Counted from the stretch's first letter, positions 20,393-33,754 are shown. The stretch: 64,000 nt of DNA from an uncultured Rhodobacteraceae bacterium (GCA_947497065.1 CANMEQ010000001.1:198208-262207), one strand, 5' to 3'. Notes: a model not told the origin generated them from the sequence alone. Numbers and translations: made by a program.

Positions 20393-21505
20393 TTAATAGG
20401 GCACGTCTTCCAAAACACCGTCCATGGACATTTGTTGGTACAAGAGCCCTTCCCGCAGGCCACGATCGGCAACAGACAGCCGGTCGGTCGGCCAAAGCCG
20501 CATGAGGGTTTGTAGAATGGCGGCCCCCGACATGATTAACGCTTGGCGGTCTTTGCCGATACGCGGGTCCGCGCGACGGCCTGCTTCGCCCAGTTTGAGG
20601 TAGCCTTGAATGACTGTGTCGATCTGGTCCGATGTCATGCGCAGTCCGTCGACCTTGGTGCGGTCGTAGCGGCGCAATCCCAGATGGCTGGCCGCAACGG
20701 TTGTAACGGTTCCAGAGGTGCCGATAATCTGAAATCCGTCGCGGGCTTGTTCTGATGCTGACGGCGCAAATTTTTCGAGGCTTTCTTCGAAAAACCATGA
20801 CATCAGGGCAAATCGTGCGCTGTCGTCTTCGACATCGGCGAATTGGTCGCGCAAGGTTGCAACGCCCAACGGCACCGAAATCCAATCGACGACTTTTGCG
20901 GCGGCGAAGGGGCCGGGGTCTTGGGTGAAGCCGGAATGCAGGCGCATGATCGCGCGGGGGCGTTCGCGGGGCGGCACGTTGGTGAGGTCGATCCACACCA
21001 GTTCCGTGGAGCCGCCACCAATATCCACCACCAGCAATTGTTCGGATTTCGTGCTGACCAAGGGCGCGCAGGAAATCACCGCCAAACGCGCTTCTTCTTC
21101 CGGCTCGATGATTTCAAGGGTTAGGCCCGTCTCGCGGCGGACTTGGTTGATGAAATGCTGCGAATTGCGCGCGCGGCGACAAGCCTCAGTGGCAACCAGC
21201 CGCATGTTGGTGACTTTGTGGCGTTGCAGTTTTTGACGGCACACACGCATAGCGTTGACCGTTCGCGCCATGGACGAACGGCTAAGTTTGCCAGACTGTT
21301 CCAATCCGTGCCCAAGCTGGACGGATTTGGAAAAGCTGTCGACCACATGGAATTGACTGCCCTTGGGTTGGGCAATCAGCATGCGGCAACTATTTGTACC
21401 CAGATCCAACGCTGCATACAGCGCAGATGGATCGGGCGGTTTCGGCACGGGGTGCTCTACCGGCTGTGGGAACGCGCCCGCACCTTTGGGACGCTTGGGC
21501 GCCAT
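20393..21505 (-). CDS. ppx: Ppx/GppA-family exopolyphosphatase
   Basis: ALDLGTNSCR, VATEACRRA, EEEARL, VDIGGGSTE, GTSGT, DRGLREG; GGAGGG SD before ATG 21505. Confidence 0.92.
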   Translation of the reverse strand: MAPKRPKGAGAFPQPVEHPVPKPPDPSALYAALDLGTNSCRMLIAQPKGSQFHVVDSFSKSVQLGHGLEQSGKLSRSSMARTVNAMRVCRQKLQRHKVTNMRLVATEACRRARNSQHFINQVRRETGLTLEIIEPEEEARLAVISCAPLVSTKSEQLLVVDIGGGSTELVWIDLTNVPPRERPRAIMRLHSGFTQDPGPFAAAKVVDWISVPLGVATLRDQFADVEDDSARFALMSWFFEESLEKFAPSASEQARDGFQIIGTSGTVTTVAASHLGLRRYDRTKVDGLRMTSDQIDTVIQGYLKLGEAGRRADPRIGKDRQALIMSGAAILQTLMRLWPTDRLSVADRGLREGLLYQQMSMDGVLEDVPY

Positions 21506-21709
21506 AGTCACGCCCTCCATATCAAGTTACCTTTACCGTAATCACGACGCTGCCCACGTGCAAGCGTTGTGATCAACCTCACTAAAGTGTTGAAGATTTT
21601 GAGGGGGATAAGGGGTCGCCATTTGTCCGCCCAATGTCGAAAATAGGCACTGTAGATCAAAGCACCAACGATAGGTGTTGAGTAAGGCGCATAAGGAGCG
21701 AGATTCGCG

Positions 21710-22006
21710 ATGGCAAATGTAGTTGTGGTTTATTGGCGGGACATTCCAGCGCAGGTGATTGTGGGAAAGGGCCGTCGTGGTACCAAAAAACAATTGTCTG
21801 AACGGTTTGAGCAGGCCATCGATCGCGCTGCGATGAAATCGGGCGCGGCAGAGACAGATGATTATCTGGCCGAGTGGCGCAAAGCCGATCCTTATGTTGT
21901 CGAAGGCACAGATGCCGAGGTTGTAGAAGCAGAAGCCGCACGGCTGGAAGCGGAATACGACAAAGAGCGTTTGATGGAGCTGATCAACAACGACGGCCGC
22001 GCGTGA
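21710..22006 (+). CDS. Small conserved protein ('virulence factor' family-like; function unknown)
   Basis: VYWRDIPAQV...LSERFEQAIDRAAM...DDYLAEWR, a pattern I associate with the CvfC-like 'Virulence_fact' domain; AAGGAG SD. Confidence 0.75.
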   Translation: MANVVVVYWRDIPAQVIVGKGRRGTKKQLSERFEQAIDRAAMKSGAAETDDYLAEWRKADPYVVEGTDAEVVEAEAARLEAEYDKERLMELINNDGRA

Positions 22007-22035
22007 GCGGGTCGCACCCTTGGAAGGAGGCTGTC

Positions 22036-22968
22036 ATGGCCCTATTGAATTTCCGCAAAAGAGACCCTGAAATCGTGGATGGTTTTAATCCGCAGCTTGA
22101 GGCCTTTTTGGATGGCTATTCTATTGAAATGATGCCGCGCACCGCCGCCAAGGTTGAAGATTTTACAGCACTTTTGCCAAAGGGCACGCGTGTCTACATC
22201 GCCCATATCGAAGGCACGCCGATTGAAGACATGGTGGAGACGGCCAAACGGCTCGCAACGGCAGGCTATGCGGTCATGCCACATTTCCCGGCGCGGATTA
22301 TCAAAGACAAGGCGACTTTGGACAATTGGATTACCATGTACCGCGGTGAGGCGGGTGTTGAGCAGGCCTTGCTTTTGGCAGGTGGCGTGGCGGCGCCGCA
22401 TGGTGACTATCATTCATCCATGCAGCTGTTGGAAAGCGGTGCGTTTGACGGTTTTAAACGGTTGCATGTGGCAGGCCACCCTGAAGGCAACCGCGACATC
22501 GACCCAAACGGCGGAACGGCCAATGTCGACGACGCGCTGCAGTGGAAGCAAAGGTTTTCTGAAACAACAGACGCTGAGATGGCATTGGCCACACAGTTCG
22601 CGTTCGAAGCAGCGCCTATTATTGAATGGGCTGACAGCCTGAAGGCCGCGGGGATCACGATCCCCATTCATATCGGCATCGCGGGCCCGGCAAAGCTGCA
22701 GACCATGATCAAATTCGCCATGGCCTGCGGTGTGGGCCCATCGTTGAAGGTGCTGCAAAAACGCGCCAAAGATGTCACCAAATTGATGCTACCGTTCGAG
22801 CCAACCCAAGTGTTGACCGAGCTTGCGGCCCACAAAGCCGCGCATCCCGACAGCAATATTGAACGCGTACACTTCTTCCCGCTTGGCGGTATCAAAACCA
22901 ATGCCAATTGGGCAATCCAACATGGCGGCGCCTCTGCCGTTCCTGCAAATCCAGTAGAAAGCACCTAA
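22036..22968 (+). CDS. metF: Methylenetetrahydrofolate reductase (MetF-like)
   Basis: SIEMMPR, VMPHFPAR, ALLLAGG, VAGHPEG, ATQFAF, PIHIGIAGP, HFFPLGG; AAGGAGG SD. Confidence 0.82.
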   Translation: MALLNFRKRDPEIVDGFNPQLEAFLDGYSIEMMPRTAAKVEDFTALLPKGTRVYIAHIEGTPIEDMVETAKRLATAGYAVMPHFPARIIKDKATLDNWITMYRGEAGVEQALLLAGGVAAPHGDYHSSMQLLESGAFDGFKRLHVAGHPEGNRDIDPNGGTANVDDALQWKQRFSETTDAEMALATQFAFEAAPIIEWADSLKAAGITIPIHIGIAGPAKLQTMIKFAMACGVGPSLKVLQKRAKDVTKLMLPFEPTQVLTELAAHKAAHPDSNIERVHFFPLGGIKTNANWAIQHGGASAVPANPVEST

Positions 22969-22973
22969 ACATT

Positions 22974-24053
22974 ATGGTCCGCACTGTTATCGAATCTAAA
23001 ACCAAGACCGCCATCATCGGCTTTGACGAGCCGTTTTGCGTGATTGGCGAACGGATCAACCCGACAGGTCGTAAAATCCTGAACGAAGAGCTGGAACGCG
23101 GTGATTTTTCACGCGTCGAAGCGGATGCCATTGCGCAAACGATGGCGGGCGCGAATGTGTTGGACGTAAACTCTGGCGCTGTGTTTTCCAACAAAATGGC
23201 CGAAGATCCGCGTTACGCCGACAATAACTTCGTCGAGCCTGAACTGATGAAACAGTTGGTCGAAAAGGTGCAGGCGGTGTGTGACACGCCGCTGTGCATC
23301 GACAGCTCGGTTCCGGGCGCATTGGAAAACGGGCTGGCCGCTGCAGAAGGGCGCCCGCTGTTGAACTCGGTGACAGGCGAGGAAGAGCGACTGGAGTTGG
23401 TGCTGCCGCTGGTGAAGAAATACAACGTGCCTGTGGTTGCGATTTCCAACGACGACACCGGCATTTCCGAAGACCCAGAGGTGCGCTTTGCAGTGGCGAA
23501 GAAAATCGTCGAACGTGCAGCCGATTTTGGCATTCCGGCCCATGATATCGTCGTTGATCCATTAGTGATGCCTATCGGTGCCATGTCCACGGCTGGTTTG
23601 CAGGTGTTCACATTGGTGCGCCGTTTGCGCGATGAATTGGGAGTGAACACAACTTGTGGGGCATCCAACATCTCCTTCGGGTTGCCGAACCGCCACGGTA
23701 TTAACAACGCATTTTTGCCAATGGCTATGACGGCGGGCATGACCTCTGCCATCATGAACCCGGTCGCCTTGCCGATTGGCCCCAAGAAAATCGCCGCTAA
23801 AAAGGAAGAAGTTCTGGCGTCAGGGATCATCCTCCCAGAAGGTATGGACGATGAGGCTTTCGTTCAGATGTTTGGCATGGGGTCGACCAAGCCACGTGCG
23901 GGTAAGGAAATGGAAGCTATTCGCGCGGCCAATTTCCTAACCAACAACGACGATGGTGGTGCGGCCTGGATCAGCGCCAACCGCCAAGCGCCCAAAGCGG
24001 GCCAAGAGGGTCGCGGTCGGGCCGGGCGTAAAGGCGGCCGTCGTCGCGGCTGA
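22974..24053 (+). CDS. Stand-alone pterin-binding domain (methyltetrahydrofolate:cobalamin methyltransferase part of a split MetH)
   Basis: VIGERINPTG, LDVNSG, PLCIDSS, LLNSVTGE, DPLVMPI, GASNISFGLPNR. Confidence 0.9.
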   Translation: MVRTVIESKTKTAIIGFDEPFCVIGERINPTGRKILNEELERGDFSRVEADAIAQTMAGANVLDVNSGAVFSNKMAEDPRYADNNFVEPELMKQLVEKVQAVCDTPLCIDSSVPGALENGLAAAEGRPLLNSVTGEEERLELVLPLVKKYNVPVVAISNDDTGISEDPEVRFAVAKKIVERAADFGIPAHDIVVDPLVMPIGAMSTAGLQVFTLVRRLRDELGVNTTCGASNISFGLPNRHGINNAFLPMAMTAGMTSAIMNPVALPIGPKKIAAKKEEVLASGIILPEGMDDEAFVQMFGMGSTKPRAGKEMEAIRAANFLTNNDDGGAAWISANRQAPKAGQEGRGRAGRKGGRRRG

Positions 24054-24110
24054 TGATTGTAAATGCTCTTCGTGGTCTCTATTTCCTGTAGAGCCTGCGG
24101 AGAGTGATGC

Positions 24111-24770
24111 ATGACAATCGATATTTCGGATCTACTACGTGAATTTATCACGTTGTTTGTGGTGATCGACCCGATCGGGTCGATCCCTGTTTTTCTATTC
24201 GCGGTGGCCAATGTACCTGCAGAATTGCACCGCAGGTTTGCTTTGCGTGCGATTTTGATCGCGACTTGCGTGTTGCTTGGCTTCTTGTTGCTCGGCCAAA
24301 TCGCGTTCGAGGCCTTGGGGCTTCGGCTTGGGTCATTCCAGATCGCGGGCGGGATTGTCTTGTTGATCTTTGCCATGTCGATGATTTTTGGCGACTCAAA
24401 GCCCGATGCTGAAATCGCCGAAGCAGGGCGTGATCACTTGTCTGGTGCGGTGTTTCCTTTGGCCATGCCCTCCATCGCGTCCCCCGGTGCGATGTTGGCG
24501 ATCGTTATTTTGACGGATAACAACGAACAAACCTATGCAGAGCAAGCGGTGACGGCTGGTTTGCTGGTCGCGGTTCTTGCCCTGACTTTGGTGTTGCTGC
24601 TGCTCGCCACACAGATTTTCAAATTGATTGGCCACACGGGGGCCAGCGTGATCAGCCGCGTGATGGGGATCGTGTTGGCGACACTGGCGGTGGATTCAAT
24701 TATTGGCGGGCTGGAATCCCTTGCGATCATCGATGTGGCTGGTGAAGCGGCGCTGGAAATTAGCGAATAG
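24111..24770 (+). CDS. MarC-family inner-membrane protein
   Basis: LFVVIDPIGSIP, FQIAGGIVL, VFPLAMPSIASPGA, SRVMGIVL. Confidence 0.92.
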   Translation: MTIDISDLLREFITLFVVIDPIGSIPVFLFAVANVPAELHRRFALRAILIATCVLLGFLLLGQIAFEALGLRLGSFQIAGGIVLLIFAMSMIFGDSKPDAEIAEAGRDHLSGAVFPLAMPSIASPGAMLAIVILTDNNEQTYAEQAVTAGLLVAVLALTLVLLLLATQIFKLIGHTGASVISRVMGIVLATLAVDSIIGGLESLAIIDVAGEAALEISE

Positions 24771-24777
24771 CCGCGGG

Positions 24778-25917
24778 TTAATACCCGCGCCAGATCCAGC
24801 CCCCGCCGAAGATACGGCTGCTGTCTTGATCGTAGAACACACAGGCCTGACCAGGCGAGACGCCTTCTTCTGGTGTGAGCAATTCCACCTCGGCCTCTGT
24901 CGCCGAAATAGGCCGGATCACAGCGTCCATCGGTGGTTTGGTGGAGCGGACTTTGACAGCCACATGGCGTTCGGCCACGGCATCAAAGGCATCATCGCCC
25001 AGCCAATTGATTTCACGCACCGGCACCGTACGGGTCGTCAGCATGTCTTTGGGACCAACCACAACGTGCTTTTTATCAACGTCCAGTTTCACCACGTAGA
25101 GCGGATCGGCCAAACCGCCGATGCCCAACCCACGACGCTGACCTATGGTGTAGTGAATGACGCCACGATGTTGCGCCAACACATTGCCATCCACGTCCAC
25201 GATATCACCAGGCTCGGCTGCACCGGGGCGCAGTTTTTCGATCACGGCGGCATAGTTGCCGTCGGGGACAAAGCAGATGTCTTGGCTGTCCGGTTTATCA
25301 GCCAGGGATAGGCCATATTTACGGGCCAGCTCCCGCGTTTGCTCTTTCGAGGCATGGTGGCCCAGTGGGAACCGCAGATAGTCCAGCTGTTCTTGGGTGG
25401 TTGAGAACAAGAAATAGCTTTGATCTTTGGTCGGGTCTGCGGCGCTATGAAGTTCGGCGCCGCGATCGCCCATCATGCGCTGAATGTAATGGCCCGTGGC
25501 CATACAATCGGCATCCAGGTCCTTGGCTGTCTCCAGCAGGTCTTTGAATTTCACGCGTTCGTTGCAGCGGATGCAGGGCACAGGCGTAGCGCCGCCCAGA
25601 TAGCTGTCTGCGAATTCATCGATCACCGCTTCTTTGAATGTATTCTCATAGTCCAGAACGTAGTGGGGGAACCCCATGTCTTCGGCCACACGGCGCGCAT
25701 CATGAATGTCGCGACCTGCACAGCACGCGCCTTTTTTCGCCAGCGCTGCACCGTGATCGTAGAGCTGAAGCGTGACGCCAACCACATCATACCCCTGATC
25801 GGCCAACATGGCGGCCACAACAGAGCTATCAACGCCACCAGACATGGCAACGACAACGCGCGTCTCAGACGGCGGCTTGGCAAAGCCAAGGGAATTGAGG
25901 CTTGGATCGAGGGGCAT
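24778..25917 (-). CDS. mnmA: tRNA 2-thiouridine(34) synthase
   Basis: [56 protein letters not shown]. Confidence 0.97.
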   Translation of the reverse strand: MPLDPSLNSLGFAKPPSETRVVVAMSGGVDSSVVAAMLADQGYDVVGVTLQLYDHGAALAKKGACCAGRDIHDARRVAEDMGFPHYVLDYENTFKEAVIDEFADSYLGGATPVPCIRCNERVKFKDLLETAKDLDADCMATGHYIQRMMGDRGAELHSAADPTKDQSYFLFSTTQEQLDYLRFPLGHHASKEQTRELARKYGLSLADKPDSQDICFVPDGNYAAVIEKLRPGAAEPGDIVDVDGNVLAQHRGVIHYTIGQRRGLGIGGLADPLYVVKLDVDKKHVVVGPKDMLTTRTVPVREINWLGDDAFDAVAERHVAVKVRSTKPPMDAVIRPISATEAEVELLTPEEGVSPGQACVFYDQDSSRIFGGGWIWRGY

Positions 25918-26047
25918 AGCGATGTCCTATGGAGTGTTTCGATTGGAATATATGAAAAGTGTAATCATTCTCAAGCCCCGGCTTTACGGGTTCTTAGCTT
26001 TGGCAAGGGATTGTGGTCTTGAAAACAGCCAAACCAGAGTATGAGAG

Positions 26048-26326
26048 ATGTATTTGCGAAAGATAGAAGGCCCTAGGTCGGTACAATTACCCGATGGCTC
26101 GGTCATGACCCGCGCTGATCTTCCACCTGTTGAAACCCGTCGCTGGGTCGCCAGTCGTAAGGCAAGCGTGGTGAAAGCTGTCGCACATAGCCTGATTTCG
26201 CGCGAAGAAGCGAAAGAAATGTACAGTTTGTCCGATGATGAGCTTGGCGAGTGGGAAAATGCTGTGAAGAATTTTGGCGAACGAGCCCTGAAGACCACGT
26301 CGTTGCAAAAATTTCGGCAACCATAA
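26048..26326 (+). CDS. sciP: CtrA inhibitor SciP (DUF1153)
   Basis: LPDGSVMTRADLPP..TRRWVASRKASVV..V..GL-like segment; directly upstream of ctrA. Confidence 0.92.
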   Translation: MYLRKIEGPRSVQLPDGSVMTRADLPPVETRRWVASRKASVVKAVAHSLISREEAKEMYSLSDDELGEWENAVKNFGERALKTTSLQKFRQP

Positions 26327-26353
26327 GAAGAGTTGCAAACTTCTCACCGCGCG

Positions 26354-26384
26354 GTAACGTGTGATTAACCATTGTTACCTTAAG
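26354..26384 (+). promoter_or_regulatory. Probable CtrA autoregulatory site in the ctrA promoter
   Basis: GTAA-CGTGTGA-TTAAC at 26354-26369 (one mismatch to TTAA-N7-TTAA) plus a further TTAA half-site at 26380-26383. Confidence 0.6.
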
Positions 26385-26418
26385 TTCGTTTTAGACATCG
26401 ATTGAGCGGAGAAGCGTA

Positions 26419-27138
26419 ATGCGCGTATTGCTAGTAGAAGACGACCCCTCGACGGCCAAAAGTATCGAATTGATGCTCAGCCACGCGAACTTAAATGTAT
26501 ATACAACCGACCTTGGCGAGGAAGGAATCGATCTCGCGAAGCTGTATGACTATGATCTCATCTTGCTTGATATCAACCTGCCGGACATGAACGGACACGA
26601 AGTATTGCGTCAGTTGCGCCTCAGCCGGATTGATACGCCGATCCTGATTTTGTCGGGCGAAGATGGGACCGAAAGCAAACTCAAAGGCTTTGGGTTCGGT
26701 GCTGATGATTACATGACCAAGCCTTTCCACCGCGAGGAGTTGGTTGCACGCATTCATGCCATTATTCGACGCTCTAAAGGGCATGCACAATCGATTATCA
26801 AAACGGGATCAGTTGCGGTCAATCTTGATGCGAAAACGGTCGAAGTCGACGGCGCGCCAGTACACCTGACAGGGAAAGAGTACCAAATGCTGGAGCTTTT
26901 GAGCCTGCGCAAAGGCACCACGCTGACCAAAGAGATGTTCTTGAACCATCTCTACGGCGGCATGGATGAGCCTGAATTGAAAATCATCGATGTTTTCATC
27001 TGCAAACTCCGCAAGAAATTGAGCGAAGCTGCGAACGGTGAAAATTACATCGAGACGGTTTGGGGACGTGGATACGTCTTACGTGACCCGGAGCCTGTCG
27101 CAAGCATGAACCCTGAAAAGATTGCAATCGGCGCTTGA
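26419..27138 (+). CDS. ctrA: Cell-cycle master response regulator CtrA
   Basis: [77 protein letters not shown]. Confidence 0.97.
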   Translation: MRVLLVEDDPSTAKSIELMLSHANLNVYTTDLGEEGIDLAKLYDYDLILLDINLPDMNGHEVLRQLRLSRIDTPILILSGEDGTESKLKGFGFGADDYMTKPFHREELVARIHAIIRRSKGHAQSIIKTGSVAVNLDAKTVEVDGAPVHLTGKEYQMLELLSLRKGTTLTKEMFLNHLYGGMDEPELKIIDVFICKLRKKLSEAANGENYIETVWGRGYVLRDPEPVASMNPEKIAIGA

Positions 27139-27255
27139 AGGCACAACCAGCCCTTTCGATAGAAGGGAAGGCCGGGTTCCTTACGGCCGTCAGGGCTGGA
27201 CCTAGCCTACCTGCGGACCTATCACTAAGCTAAATAATCGATTGGCTATGGATAG

Positions 27256-31613
<4,358 letters not shown>

Positions 31614-31641
31614 GGTGATTTGGAACATTTTGTTCACTTTT

Positions 31642-31656
31642 GTTCTCAAAAAGTTC
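31642..31656 (+). promoter_or_regulatory. LexA (SOS) box, alphaproteobacterial type
   Basis: GTTC-TCAAAAA-GTTC is an exact GTTC-N7-GTTC. Extra half-sites at 31623 (GAAC), 31632 (GTTC), 31680 (GAAC-N7-CAAC), 31700 and 31713. Confidence 0.75.
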
Positions 31657-31661
31657 TTGCT

Positions 31662-31676
31662 TTAACGTCTGGTTAA
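31662..31676. promoter_or_regulatory. CtrA binding site
   Basis: TTAA-CGTCTGG-TTAA is an exact TTAA-N7-TTAA. Confidence 0.72.
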
Positions 31677-31722
31677 TGAGAACAAAGGGGCAACAAAGAG
31701 AACATCATCGAGGAACAGCACA

Positions 31723-31845
31723 ATGGCACAAGAGATCAAAAGCGTAATCGCAAGATCTTCCGACACACTTATCGCAGATGCGATCGGCGTGGTAAGCCTG
31801 ATGGTGATGTTGTTTGGTGCGCTCGCTTTGCCCAGTTTCTTCTAA
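31723..31845 (+). CDS. Putative 40-aa small membrane protein (below the ORF-track cutoff)
   Basis: MAQEIKSVIARSSDTLIADAIGVVSLMVMLFGALALPSFF*; GAGGA SD upstream; one C-terminal hydrophobic helix. Confidence 0.72.
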   Translation: MAQEIKSVIARSSDTLIADAIGVVSLMVMLFGALALPSFF

Positions 31846-32009
31846 CTGCCTGCTGCGTTTTGTGCGGTGAACCAGATCATCTGTCCCAACTCCGGTGTTT
31901 TCCCAAAACGCCGTTTGATCTGACTACGTCCGACACTGCCTGTCTCGACCAAATACGGGAGCCTGCCTTTCCCGATATGCCACCGGTCCCAACATAAAAC
32001 GCATTTCTG

Positions 32010-32053
32010 CCGCTGCTTTCCACTGTCCCGGAAAGCAGCGGTTTTTTCTTTTT
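32010..32053 (+). terminator. Rho-independent terminator
   Basis: 12-bp perfect stem CCGCTGCTTTCC / GGAAAGCAGCGG, 8-nt loop, then TTTTTTCTTTTT. Confidence 0.85.
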
Positions 32054-32063
32054 AATGAGGTGT

Positions 32064-32516
32064 TTACGCAGACTTTGCGTTCTGCGCGTTGGCCATGGCT
32101 TCCAATGTCGCGTCAAAGGCCAACATGATCGACATATGTCTGTTTTTATACTCAGCCGCTGGGCCCAAAACCTCAAGCGCATCAAAAGGTGCATCCGGTG
32201 CAGGTCCACCAGATTTCAACATGGACAGCAATTGGTCACGACCGGTTTGCACCTCGTCTTGCGTGCGGCCGATGATGTTTTGCCCCACCACGGCAGCCGC
32301 AGCTTGCCCCAATGCGCAGGCTTTAACGTCCTGACCAAAGGCGGTCACTTTGCCGTCCGCCACGTTAACGTCCACGGTCACAGTTGACCCACATAGGGGC
32401 GAACGCCGCTTCGCTGTCGCGTCGGGCTCCTCCAATCGTTGACTGTGAGGGATATCAGCGGCAAGCCCGAGAATGCGTGTAGAGTAGAGTTTGATCAGGT
32501 CGCTATCAGCGGACAT
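32064..32516 (-). CDS. NifU/IscU N-terminal-like Fe-S scaffold family protein
   Basis: LIKLYS.RIL.LAA, SPLCGSTVTVD, VKACALGQAAA, NRHMSIMLAFDA. Confidence 0.82.
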   Translation of the reverse strand: MSADSDLIKLYSTRILGLAADIPHSQRLEEPDATAKRRSPLCGSTVTVDVNVADGKVTAFGQDVKACALGQAAAAVVGQNIIGRTQDEVQTGRDQLLSMLKSGGPAPDAPFDALEVLGPAAEYKNRHMSIMLAFDATLEAMANAQNAKSA

Positions 32517-32585
32517 GGAATTGCCTTTGCGTTGCTTGCAGCATAGATAGGGCGCATGGGGCATGATGCCAAAGGAAAAACGCGT

Positions 32586-32948
32586 ATGACTTTCGATCCT
32601 GACACATTGAAGTATGATTCCAATGGTTTAATCCCGTGTATCGCGCAGCAGGATGGAACAGGCGAAGTGCTCATGATGGCGTGGATGAACGCCGACGCTG
32701 TGGCAAAGACCCTTGAAACAAAGCGTGTGACCTATTGGTCCCGCTCGCGGCAGGCGTTCTGGATCAAAGGCGAAACATCAGGGCATACTCAAGAATTGAT
32801 CGATTTGCGGATCGACTGTGATCGCGATTGCCTATTGGCGATTGTGAAACAAACGGGCGCTGCATGCCATACAAACCGGCGTGTGTGTTTCTACACCTCC
32901 GTTATTGATGGCACTGAAACCGAGCTCATGGCGCCGTTGACCGACTAA
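32586..32948 (+). CDS. hisI: Phosphoribosyl-AMP cyclohydrolase
   Basis: GLIPCIAQ, MMAWMN, YWSRSRQ.FW.KGETSGH, DCDRDCLL, GAACHT.R..CF. Confidence 0.95.
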   Translation: MTFDPDTLKYDSNGLIPCIAQQDGTGEVLMMAWMNADAVAKTLETKRVTYWSRSRQAFWIKGETSGHTQELIDLRIDCDRDCLLAIVKQTGAACHTNRRVCFYTSVIDGTETELMAPLTD

Positions 32949-33748
32949 AGGCCGACCATTTTTCGGATATCACTCGGCGTTGCGCCGTCTTCGCGATACT
33001 TGGACAAAGCGCGCGACGCGCTGACCTTGGCGAGGCGTTTTCCATCATCGTCGCGGATAAGGTCGTGATGATGGTATATTGGAGCCTGAAACCCTAAAAG
33101 GTGTTGCAAAACAACGTGTAACGGCGTGACGTTCAACAAGTCACGTCCCCGAATGACGTGAGAAATACTCTGTTCGGCATCATCTACAACACAGGCCAAA
33201 TGATAGGCTGGGTCGCCTGTGTCTTTGCGACGTAGCACCGGATCGCCCAGCTGGGTCAGAACAAAATCAGGATCGAGACCTATGCGCAGGCCTGTATCTT
33301 CAAACGTGGTTTTGGGCAGTGATTTCAGCGCCTTTGAGAGATCCAGTCGAATGGCGTCGCCACTATCGGCGTCGGACATTGACCGATGGCGGCATGTGCC
33401 GGGGTAGACGAGCCCGTCTACACCCATGTCTGCGCCGGCTGCCTTTACCTCACGTCGTGTGCATTTGCAGGGATACAGGTAAGGTGAGAGCAATTTGAGC
33501 GCTGTCCAATAGGTATCAAAGTGCTCAGATTGGCGCCAAACGGGGCGTTCCCATTCTAGGCCAAGCCACTGAAGATCTTCATAAATAGCCGCTTCCCATT
33601 CAGGTCGGCAGCGCGTGCTATCCGTGTCCTCTATGCGCAGCAGGAACCGGCCCGATGCGGACTGGACGTAGCGTTGAATAAACAGGGCCGAATAGGCATG
33701 ACCAAGGTGCAAAGGACCGGTTGGAGAGGGTGCGAAGCGCGTGATCAT
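32945..33748 (-). CDS. gluQ: Glutamyl-Q tRNA(Asp) synthetase (GluRS paralogue)
   Basis: TRFAPSPTGPLHLGH, LRIEDTD, PAYHLACVVDD, HVIRGRDL, KRLAK. Only 267 aa, so no anticodon domain. Confidence 0.88.
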   Translation of the reverse strand: MITRFAPSPTGPLHLGHAYSALFIQRYVQSASGRFLLRIEDTDSTRCRPEWEAAIYEDLQWLGLEWERPVWRQSEHFDTYWTALKLLSPYLYPCKCTRREVKAAGADMGVDGLVYPGTCRHRSMSDADSGDAIRLDLSKALKSLPKTTFEDTGLRIGLDPDFVLTQLGDPVLRRKDTGDPAYHLACVVDDAEQSISHVIRGRDLLNVTPLHVVLQHLLGFQAPIYHHHDLIRDDDGKRLAKVSASRALSKYREDGATPSDIRKMVGL

Positions 33749-33754
33749 GGATGA

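Noticed and set aside
21541-21590. Possible SAM-II (SAM-alpha) riboswitch upstream of the metF module: 11-bp stem ATCACGACGCT/AGCGTTGTGAT with TGCAAGCG and a downstream CTAAA
   Set aside because: It lacks the conserved UGAUUU loop and the 3' strand cannot form the pseudoknot. It may be an operator or a simple hairpin; an Infernal search with the SAM_alpha model would settle it.
32945-33748. Calling this gene gltX
   Set aside because: It is too short and lacks the anticodon-binding domain, so it is the GluQ paralogue.
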